Assembly (NCBI GenBank): GCA_963667015.2
Contig: CAXXJJ010000004.1
Coordinates: forward strand, 1,152,001-1,216,000
Length of the DNA: 64,000 nucleotides
Reading direction: 5' to 3'
From: Desulfatiglandales bacterium
GTDB lineage: Bacteria > Desulfobacterota > DSM-4660 > Desulfatiglandales > HGW-15
Position 1 is the stretch's first letter; each line of letters begins with the position of its first letter. A program made the translations under genes and the position numbers. Of this stretch, positions 49,952 to 60,900 are shown in pieces. The notes under the pieces are model-generated. The model made no database searches, was not told the DNA's origin, and was given only the letters and a program-made list of their open reading frames with translations.

Positions 49952-51340
49952 TCACTTCAACCTGATTTTTACTACCGATTCGATATGATAGGTATGGGGG
50001 AACATATCTACAGGCTGTATCTCGATCACTTCATATTTATCAGACATATCTCCAAGATCTCTTGCAAGGGTAGCAGGATTACAGGATACATATACCATTT
50101 TACTGACACTCATCTCCATGACTGTTTTAAGGATATCCTTATGCATACCTGTTCTGGGAGGATCAACAACCAGCACATCAGGTTTATATGAAATACTGTT
50201 AATCGTTTCTCTGATATCCCCCAGGATAAAACTGCAGTTTGAAACATTATTAACACGGCAGTTCAGGTTTGCATCGGAAACAGCACTCTCTGAAATCTCC
50301 ATACCAAGTATTTCATTGGCTGAACCGGACAGGTAAATCGGTATGGTTCCTGTACCGCAAAACAGGTCCAGCACTTTTTCGGTCCCATCCAGTTCAGCAT
50401 ATTCTTTAACCTTACTATAGAGTTTTTCAGCGCCTGAGGTATTTGTCTGGAAAAATGAATTCGGTGACACCTTAAATGTATAAGGTCCTATCATCTCATT
50501 AATAAAACCTTCTCCGGTTATAATTATTTCATCTTCTCCGACGGCTGTTGCAGCTTTTTTTTCACTGACATTATTAACAATGGTTTTAATGTTATCAAAT
50601 TTATCATGCAGTTTTTCGGCAAGAGGCTCAATAATAGCCATGCCATTTGTCGAGGTGACAATATTGACCATCCATTCATCAAATGCCTTTGAATACCTGA
50701 GGGTTAGAAATCTCCAGAAGCCTTCATGGGTTTTTAAATTATAAACAGGGACTTTTGATTTTTTAACATACTCCTTTACCTCCTGAAGTACTAAGTTACC
50801 TGTTGGGTTCTGCAGGAGGCAGGCGTCAATATCGATTACCTTATAAAAGGTACCCGGAACATGCAGACCCAGGGCAAAATTTTCATTGACTGTTTCTTTA
50901 TAATAATCTTCGGGCAGGACCCACTGTTTATCGGAAAATGAAAACTCCATCTTATTCCGGTAAGCATATATATCATCAGAAGAGATAACATCATGGATGC
51001 CAACCCCTTCCAGAGCCCCTATCCTTTTTATTGAGTCTGCGATATGCTCCCTTTTATATTTCACCTGGCAGGCATAATCCAGATGCTGGTAGTTGCAGCC
51101 TCCGCAGTAACCATGATATGGACATGGGGCGTCTTTTCTGTCAGGTGACTGGGTCAGTATCTCGATGATAACCGCATTGGCAAACCCTCTCTTCTTTTTT
51201 ACAATCCTGGCAATTACCCTGTCACCGGGCAGAGCTCCCTTTATAAAAACAACAAAGCCATCTATTCTGGCAATGCCTTCACCTCCAAAGGCTAAAGCAT
51301 CCACATATAATTCAACTAAATCTTCCTTTTTTATTAGCAT
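49952..51340 (-). CDS. rlmD: 23S rRNA (uracil(1939)-C5)-methyltransferase
   Basis: TRAM domain, CPYHGYCGGC, YRNKMEF, SFFQTN, DLFCGTG, VDPPRTG, YVSCNPATLARD, DMFPHTYHIE. Confidence 0.93.
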   Translation of the reverse strand: MLIKKEDLVELYVDALAFGGEGIARIDGFVVFIKGALPGDRVIARIVKKKRGFANAVIIEILTQSPDRKDAPCPYHGYCGGCNYQHLDYACQVKYKREHIADSIKRIGALEGVGIHDVISSDDIYAYRNKMEFSFSDKQWVLPEDYYKETVNENFALGLHVPGTFYKVIDIDACLLQNPTGNLVLQEVKEYVKKSKVPVYNLKTHEGFWRFLTLRYSKAFDEWMVNIVTSTNGMAIIEPLAEKLHDKFDNIKTIVNNVSEKKAATAVGEDEIIITGEGFINEMIGPYTFKVSPNSFFQTNTSGAEKLYSKVKEYAELDGTEKVLDLFCGTGTIPIYLSGSANEILGMEISESAVSDANLNCRVNNVSNCSFILGDIRETINSISYKPDVLVVDPPRTGMHKDILKTVMEMSVSKMVYVSCNPATLARDLGDMSDKYEVIEIQPVDMFPHTYHIESVVKIRLK

Positions 51341-51484
51341 TCTTTTTCCAGTTATTTTTTCAGTTAACATCAGACCTTAAGCTGGTGCTGTTTCAAAATA
51401 GTCCAGTGCCCCATCACATGCATACATTGGCAGATTTAGACCTTACATAACACTCCGCTGCCTGCCCGACAGCCAGATCAACAC

Positions 51485-51527
51485 AAAAAATCGGGCTAAA
51501 TGAAAATGATCATTCAGCCCGTTTTTT
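51485..51527. terminator. Intrinsic terminator downstream of the pil operon
   Basis: AAAAAATCGGGCTAAATGA-loop-TCATTCAGCCCGTTTTTT. Confidence 0.75.
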
Positions 51528-51553
51528 AATTAAATGTTATTATATATTCAAGT

Positions 51554-51913
51554 TTATTCTTTTTCCTTCAATATATTATTTTCCTTTTCTCCGGTAAGTA
51601 AAGTTACTTTTTTTGCCCTCCAGAGTCCATCATCACCCTTCTTCCCATTACTCTCAACCTCTACTAGGTTACCAACTTCCAAATCACGGAAAAGAGCCGG
51701 CTGAGGTTCTTTTGTTACTCCGTTATCAACATACACGCTTTTCACAATATAATTGCGGTCTCTGACCTGAATAATATTCGGTTCTTTTCCTATCTCCATT
51801 ATTTTATCTACAACAATTAGAGACTCCTCTTCCTGTGCAAAAACATTTTGATGAAAAGAAGAGATGCATACCAGGCAAATTATGACTGCCATATATCCTG
51901 TTATCTTTTTCAT
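51554..51913 (-). CDS. Small secreted hypothetical protein (last gene of the pil operon)
   Basis: Signal peptide MKKITGYMAVIICLVCISS..VFA after RBS GAGGAG. Confidence 0.75.
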   Translation of the reverse strand: MKKITGYMAVIICLVCISSFHQNVFAQEEESLIVVDKIMEIGKEPNIIQVRDRNYIVKSVYVDNGVTKEPQPALFRDLEVGNLVEVESNGKKGDDGLWRAKKVTLLTGEKENNILKEKE

Positions 51914-51951
51914 ATTATATTCTCCTCGACAATTAAATATCCGCTTTAAGA

Positions 51952-54900
51952 TTATTGCGTATTTTTTTCCTTCCATGAAGTCATGTTAGTTAACTGTTTA
52001 GAAAGATTAACCTTCCGCCTTGTAAGACCTGTGCCTGTAGTGGTGACATATATCGTATCCTTATGAAGCACCGGCTCTGACGGCTGACCTTCCCCGAGGA
52101 ATATTCCACTCGGGATAACGCCATCTATAACATCCCTGTAATCCACAACACCATCACCGTTAATATCAAATATAGGTTCAGTAGGTGGAAGACCTGTTTC
52201 ATAGTCAAGGGCAAAAAGATAGGCCTGTCCATTTCCTTCACACACATTTTCATCAGGTATAAAAGTGGTAAAAAATACAACACCTGCAACAACAAGGGGT
52301 TTTGCTATAACACGTTCACTCGCAAATAGAGCATCATTAGAAATATCTTCTTTGCTTATTGCGAGTTTAACCACCCATGATTCTTTATTTTCATTTGTTC
52401 CCTCAACCGTCCGATAAACAACGTCCTCATAGGTAGTAAATTTTGCGTCAAGCTGTACAAGATCATCATAGGTATAGGGATCAGTAACAGTTGAATCATC
52501 CTGCAGGCTAAAGAAGTACTGTTGAGCAGTAGAAGTCTTATCTGACTGGTCCTCATACCTGCCAGTACCAAAACATATTCTTACTCCATCTCCTTCACTT
52601 GCATATGCATAATCAGATTTAGCCCTTATAGGATGTCCGTGATCGGTTGAATTTTCACTGTCGTACAGTATCGAAACTTCAGGTGTCATTCCCTGACCGA
52701 TATTCTCAACGCGGTACATGGATCCGTACAGGTTACCAGTATAAATAAGATCAGCAATTATATCGCCCTCCATATCAACTGTCATTGGAGGAGATAAAGC
52801 ATCATTCTGCAGCACTGAACTTGATATTTTAACCTTATTTATTGAACTGCCAAAAGTATCCTTCCACAGGTCTGCCTTATAATTTGCTTCAATACCATAT
52901 AAATAGGCCTCTTTAGTGGATTGAGAATCAGGACTGTATCCGGATCCGAAAAATACTCCCCAGGCTTTTTCAGTACTGCCATCCACTGCTACCCTTTTGA
53001 TTTCCGGATCAGCCCAGGTTTGACCTAACTCCGAATCAGTGAATTCCCACATATATTTACTGCGTTTTGTTGTGTCCGCAGTGTAACCAAAGGATTTGCC
53101 ATAGGAAATATCAAGGGCAAAATATGCCGCTCCTCCTTCCCTCAATCCGGATACCAGCATGGTCTTCCACTTGGTTTCAGTACTATCATAAACATCCGCA
53201 ACAATCGGAGATCCGTCAACAAAATATCTATGACAGTAACTGTCACCACATCTGTCCCAGTGTATATCATCGTCTGCCTTTCTAAGATTATCCTGTACTG
53301 CCTTTGGATAGAACCTCCATACCTCTTCACCACCATGAGCCAGGACAGTAGTTCCATCTTCAGCATATTTATCTGTCAGTAAAAAGGCATGCAGCGCACC
53401 ATCATTAGAGCCGACATATACAAGAGGATCCCTTTCGACAGCATATTTGTATGATCTGAAATAATTATCAAAACTATATGAATATGCAGGATCCTCAATA
53501 ATAATAGGCTTGGAGTTTATAATATCACCCAATTTCTTATCCGCACACATTTCCGGAAGATCAAGTGAAGCTGTCGAATAACTCACCACATCGTCATTAG
53601 TATCTACAGAATAAGCATCTGGTGTATGAGGCATTTGTTCGCTTGCCAGCCACAAAGTCTCTTCTGTCCCATTATCTTTAATCTGAGTAGCTTCCAGATC
53701 ACCTGACCAGTTAGTTGGCTGAAATTTAGCAGTAATTACTATGTCACCATAGTCAACAGATGTTGTTGGAGCAGGTGCTGAACCATGGAATACCTCGGCC
53801 TTTATTCCTGAGGTAATTTTACTTAAGGCTTCGACAAGTTCTTCCTTGTTCATTGCGATAAAGGGCTTGGGATTGCCATCTTCATCCAGTTCATGAAGAG
53901 CATAAAGGTTATCATCAGGATCTTCGTCGCCTGAAGCATTACTTTCTTCAGCTATGATATCGAGTTGCGTTGCATCATCAAGGGCAAACCCTATGCCCAC
54001 CAGGTTCACCTCATTTGCATCGAGACCGTAGCTCGCAGCAGTTGATTCCACATTAGAAAGGGTTGTACCTGTATTACCCAGACCATCTGTAATAAGAATT
54101 ATAAATTTCGGCTGACAATCTACGGAATTAAATGTACCTCCAATATCCGCACTTCTATTTCCCGCAAAGTAATCAAGACCTGCTCTCATAGAAGGAGTCA
54201 GGGGAGTGTTTCCCAGCGAAGTCATGGCATTAATTGCATCTACTAGGTCATCCTCATGATCATCACTCCAGTATTCACATCCGACGTGTATCTTAGTCCA
54301 TTCCTGAGATGATCTATACCCGTAATAAGGATCATACCAAGGATGAGCTGTCCATGACCCAAATCCCCAGGATATGGTTGGATCAGTAACGAGCTCTTTT
54401 AGAGCTTCCTTGGCAACCGTCATCCTTGTTTGGACTGTGGGCTTGACCCACTCTTCCACGTCACTCCATGGAATTCCCGTTGTTTTATCCTGATCTGAAA
54501 GATAATCATCAGGGAGTGACCCCTGCCACCAGGACCTGTAAAAACTTGGAACATCGGCAACATCCCATCCATAAATAATCAAATCCGTATCCGCATCATC
54601 TGATTCATATGCAATGAATTCCAGATGAGCCTCGGTGATAACGGCGTCTCTTGGTATCTGTACGTTGGTAAAGCGTAAACCGACTAACTTATCATTCCCA
54701 AAATCAAGGTCATTGCTGTTGGAAGTCATATCACCATTGCTGCTCTCCTCAGCATCATTATAATCATCGTTAATCCTCAAATTAATTACACTTCCGCTGC
54801 TGAACTCCACATGAAGAAGCGGGGCACGAGAGCTGCTCCCATCATGCGAGTATGCAGAACGTTCCCCGGTTCCGCCAATAATAAAACCCATATCCTGTCC

Positions 54901-57900
54901 GGAATTCCAGTCCGTTCGATTTACAATATGCTGGACTATATCTTTTATATCAGGAGAACTATACACAGGCGGGTCAATATAAACATTACTGTCCATACTG
55001 CCCGATGAGTCCAGTAGAATCATTATAGCCGGGCTAACGAGGTTTTCTGTATAAACAGGAACATCACCGCAGATTCTGCTTAAGGGCAGGGTTTCGATTG
55101 TCAAACTTACAGTGACAGTCACCGGAGAATTATTGGCATCATTATTATCACCATCTTTTCCGGTAATAGTAATATGGGCCTCATATGTACCTACGCCAAG
55201 GGAGTCGGAATTAAAGTTTAGAGTAATCTTCTGGGAAGAACCTTCACCATTATCCGAAAGTGTTCCGTTAGTAATACCAGAAGGTATCGTTAACCAGTCA
55301 GCATCGTCTGTGATAGTGTAAATCATGTCTCCGCGCCCTGTATTTGATATTTCAAAGGATTGAGAAACAGGATTTTCTGTAAAATCTGTTGTTTTCTCAT
55401 AAGCAGTGATACCTATATAATCATTGTCAACAGATAATTGCGGTATTTTATTATGAACACTCACATTAACATATATTTCTACTGACTCGTTTGCAGAATT
55501 CGGATCAGAAACTGTAATTGTGCCCGTATAATCCGTATATTCAGCGCCGGATTCCAATTCATCTGTATCAAAGGTGATGGTGATCTCCTGAGGATCATCC
55601 GAGTTTAAAAGCCCATCTTCTCCGCTATAGCTGGTGGGGCTAACAGATAACCAGTCAATATCTTCGGAGATTGTGTATTTTAGGCCTTCACTGCCGCTGT
55701 TTCTCACAGTAAATATCTGTGAATCAGGGCTCTCACCTTCATAAGTCCACTCATCAAAGCTAGTCTGCCCTACCGCAATAATAGGGGTACCCACAGGAAG
55801 GTACATAATATTAAGAGTAGGGTTGAGACCTTCTGGTGATTCATTGGAATCGGCAGTTCTGAGGCCTTCGCCTTCAATGATAAATGTCATTGCATTTCCT
55901 GCTCTCCAGTCCGGATGATTAACTATCTCCTGAACCACACCCCTTATATCCGCAGTTTCATCCTCATTAGAGGATTTGTATATTTGACCTTCAAACCAGG
56001 CATCAGGCGACCATGAATAAGAAGAGCTGGTCTTATCTCTTGATGATATATCACCGTCATTCAAAGTAAATGTCGCAGAGTCACCAGCATTATGACCGTA
56101 TACCCTCAGGCTTGTAGCCGCATCACGGGTATCAAATGCACTGAATGTGATGTATGCCCCTAGAATCTGACTGCCTTCAGGAACACCGATATCGGTAAAA
56201 CGAACACCCACTATACTCTGACCAAGGTCAAGATCATCGCTATACAGATCCATCTCACCGCCGGATTTATTCTCTTCCGCATCATCGGAATCACCAACAT
56301 CTATCTCACCGACTACATTAACATTAACCGGGATTATGACTGTACGATTTGGAATATTTAAATCTTTAACTATAATGGAGACTGAATATGCACGGGGAGT
56401 TAAAGATGCTGTATCAAATTGTATGGTAAAGGTTGTGGACTCACCCGGAGCAAGTGTCCCCGATGTTGCGCAGGTTATCCAGCCGGATGAACTGTTGGAT
56501 ACAGAATAACTCAGATCAATTGCTTCAAATAAACCTAAATTATTATTAGTTAAAGTAACTTCCTGAGAAGGCAGGCCTTCTCCTTCGTTTATCATAGCAG
56601 TATACGAATCAGGATTAACATGGATAACGGATCCGCCCAATACAGTTATTCTAAAGGTCTGCGGCTCCGAAGTATCAAGTCCACCGCCATAGGTTCCTCC
56701 GTCATCTTTCAAAACAACGGTAATATCGGCTATGCCGCGATCACTGTTAGATGGTTTAAAGGTCAGGGTTCCTGCAGGATCGATCGCAGGCTGCTCTTCG
56801 AAAATACTGCTGTTTGTATTACCCGTCACGATGAAGGTAAAAGTCTGATCAGCCTCATTATCCCTACCCGCATAGATGGATGTAGCCCATCCTTCTACCG
56901 TTTTGGTATCTGTTCCTTCAATTACTACCTGGTCAGATCCTTTTGTAAATGACGGCTGATCATTTACATTACTTACAAATATCGTAAATGTTTGTGTTGC
57001 TGTAGTTAATTGAGGACCGCCTGCGGTAGTATCATCTGTCAAACTCACTGTTACGTTCGCAGATCCATAGAAGTTTTCAGCAAGAGTAAAGGTCAGGGTT
57101 CCATCGCTGTCTATTGCCGGCTGATAAGTAAACATTCCAGGATTATCATTCACCACATTAAATGTAAGTGATTGTACAACTTCAGGATCTCCGTCATCAA
57201 TACCAGTCGCCCATTCAGTGATCGTATGAGTTCCGCTGTCCTCATCTACATCCAGATTCGGCCCCCCCGTAAATTCGGGCATATCATTTATCTGAGTTAC
57301 TGTGATCGTAAATGTCTGAGGATCGGTTGTTAATGCATCGCCTCCAGCGGTTGCATCATCTGTAAGGGTAACTGTTACTGTGGCTATTCCGGAATAGTTC
57401 TCAGCTACAGTATATGTCAATGTTCCAGTTTCTCCATCAATTGCAGGCTGAACAGAAAACAAGTCATTATTAGTATTTATTACATTAAAAGTGAGTGTCT
57501 GTTCAATTTCAGGATCACCATCATCAATATCCGTGGCCCAACTGGTTATAGTTTGTTCAGCGCTGATGTTTTCATCAATAATCTGATCTCCTCCCTTTGT
57601 GAAGGAAGGCATATCATTCACGCTGCCTACTGTTATTTTAAATGTCTGAGTAGATGTTAACTCTGCTCCTCCTGCAGTACCATCATCTGTTAAAGCAACG
57701 GAAACTATTGCAGATCCGTTAGCATTATCTGCAGGCGTATAAGTCAACTGTCCGCTGCTGTCGATTGACGGCTGAGAGCTGAATAATGTATTATTATCAT
57801 TGGTAACAGTAAATGTAAGCGCTTGGACGACTTCAGGGTCACCGTCATCAATATCTGTAATGAATCCTGCTACTGTCTGAGCCCCTGCATCCTCATCTAC

Positions 57901-60900
57901 TGACTGGTCTGAGCCTACTGTAAATACCGGCATATCATTTACTGGATTTACGGTAACATCAAATGTCCGCTCAATAGAATTATCACCGCCATTGGCTGTA
58001 CCGCCATTGTCCTGAACCCTTACAGTTATAGTTATTGGTCCGCTTATTGTTGTATTCGTATTGGGTAAGGGTGTAAAACTCAGTGTACCTGTATCACTAT
58101 CCTCTGTGTATGATATCGTAGGATGTGGTATTATCGTAGGATGACTTGATGTCGCAGATATTGTCAGAGTCTGACTATTTTCTGCACCACTTGCACCTTC
58201 ATCTATACCTGTCAGGGTAACAATCTGTGCTGCCCCTGGATCTTCATTAATAACCACATCGGATGGATCATCCAGTGTGGGTTCGTCATTAATTCCTGTT
58301 ATTTCTATTGTAACCGTCCCTGTATCGGTTCCGCCATTGCCGTCTGCTACAATATAATTAAAAGTATCTGTTGCTGTTTGTCCTGAAGCGAGATTCTCGA
58401 ACTGGCTGTTAGGATTATATGTAAAAGTGCCGTCTCCATTATTGGCTATTGATGCTCCATTTGCACTGGTTGCATCAACTGAATCTACCGATAAAACGTC
58501 TGATGTATCAGGATCGGTATCATTCGTTAATACATTTCCTGTTGAAAAGGATGTAGCTTCATCAGTTGAATATTCAGCCCCCGAATCATCGACTGCAGTC
58601 GGAGCATCATTTGCACCATTTATAGTTACGGTAACTGTTGCAGTGGCGGTTCCTCCGTTCCCATCATCTATTTCATAATCAAATTTATCCTCCCCGGCTT
58701 CGCCAACAGCCAACGATTCAAATTGTCCGTTTGGATCATACTCTACAGTATCATTATCCGGGTTAATCGTAACAGTTCCTAAAGTACCATTTGCAAGAAG
58801 ACCAATGCTGCTTATCTCCGGGTCATCAGCCCCTGGATCTGTGTCGTTTACAGTTAAATCAATCGTAACCGCCGGACCATCTTCATTTGCAGTGGAAGTA
58901 TCAGCGTTTGCAGTTGGAGCCACATTATTTACAGTTACTGTTAATGTATCACTGCTGCTGCCACCATCATTATCTTCTACTGTTATTGTTACTGTATATG
59001 TGCTGTTATCAGCATATGTATGGGTTCCATCCACATTCCCGCCTGATACTGCACCTGGGCCATCTGTATTTCCATCTCCCCAATCTATTGTTGCCGCGTG
59101 TGTATCTGAACTGCCTGGATCTGTATAGGTAGCTGCATAGGGCGATCCGCTCAAATCCAGCAAGGTACCTTCATCTATTGTCTGATCATCTGCTGCCATT
59201 ACTGCAGGGGCAACATTATTTACTGTTACTGTAAAAGTTATAGAACTACTGCCTCCATCATCATCGTTAACCCAAACCTGTACAGTATATGTCCCATTAT
59301 CAGCATAAGCATGTGCAGTATTTGCAGGATCTGTTGCAGAGGCCGTTATGTCAGGGCTTGTTACATCACCAAGATATCGGGTTGATCCTCCATCACCCCA
59401 GTTAACATATCCAACATGTGTATCACCTGAACCAGCATCTGTAAAAGTGCCAAGATCAAAGGTTTTGCTGGTACCTTCATCAGCAGTCTGATCAGCAGGT
59501 GCCGTTACTACAGGTGCAACATTATTTACAGTTAAATTAAAGGTATCTGTGCCTGTTGCGCCATCGCTGTCTGTGGCGGTTATTGTTACTACTGTGGGTC
59601 CTGCGGGTCCATCCGTGGGCGTATAGGACCAGCTCCAGTTACCGGATGAGCCTGCGTCCTGGGTTATTGATCCTATCGAGGCAGTTATTGTTACTGTATC
59701 ATCACCTATGTCACTGAAAGTTCCATTATTTGTGGCCTCTGAACCTTCATTTACCGTCTGATTGCCACCTGTTTCAGTAACTACCGGTGCAATATTATTC
59801 ACAGTTAAAGTAAATGTATCTGTACCGGTTGCTCCATCACTGTCTGTTGCGGTTATTGTTACAACCGTGGGACCGGAGGGACCATCGGAAGGTGTATACG
59901 ACCAGTTCCAGTTACCGGATGAGCCTGCGTCCTGGTTTATTGATCCTATCGAGGCAGTTATTGTTACTGTATCATCACCTACGTCACTGAAAGTTCCATT
60001 ATTTGTGGCCTCGGAACCTTCATTTACCGTCTGATTGCCACCTGTTTCAGTAACTACCGGAGCTACATTATTCACAGTTAAAGTAAATGTATCTGTACCG
60101 GTTGCTCCATCACTGTCTGTTGCGGTTATTGTTACAACCGTGGGACCGGAGGGGCCATCTGACGGGGTATACGACCAACTCCAGTTACCGGATGAGCCTG
60201 CGTCCTGGTTTATTGATCCTATCGAGGCAGTTATCGTTACTGTGTCATCACCTACGTCACTGAAAGTTCCATTATTTGTGGCCTCAGATCCTTCATTTAC
60301 CGTCTGATCGCCACCTGTTTCAGTTACTACCGGAGCTACATTATTCACAGTTAAAGTAAATGTATCTGTACCGGTTGCTCCATCACTGTCTGTTGCGGTT
60401 ATTGTTACAACCGTGGGACCGGAGGGACCATCGGAAGGTGTATACGACCAGCTCCAGTTACCGGATGCACCTGTATCCTGAGTTATTGAACCTATTGAGG
60501 CCGTTATCGTTACTGTATCATCGCCTATATCACTGAAGGTTCCACTGTTTGTGGCCTCAGATCCTTCATCTACTGTCTGATCGCCACCAGTCTCAGTTAC
60601 AACCGGTGCAACATTATTTATTGTAAGGGTTGTGCTGGCTGTGTCAACACCGCCTTTGCCATCTGATACCTGTAAGGCTATTGTACTAGCTGAACCATCA
60701 GTAGCCAAACCAAGCCCGATCAGTGCTGTCCATGTAACTGTTGGGCCTGACCCTGTGGCGTCATCATATGTTCCATCGTTGTCAAGATCCCAAGCATAAC
60801 TAAGGGTATCAGTAGAATCTACATCACTGCTTCCCGATGCATCAAGCGTTAAATCTTGGCCTTCATTTATTGTATAAGCTCCGCCGGCATCTGCAGTTGG

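Noticed and set aside
51375..51484. Possible ncRNA or riboswitch upstream of rlmD (GC-richer intergenic stretch)
   Set aside because: I could not find a convincing stem pattern or known motif by eye; an Rfam search would be needed.
59527..60618. CRISPR or non-coding repeat array, and the + strand ORFs 59762..60034 and 60035..60307
   Set aside because: The repeats are in-frame coding units of pilY1; the + strand ORFs are antisense shadows.
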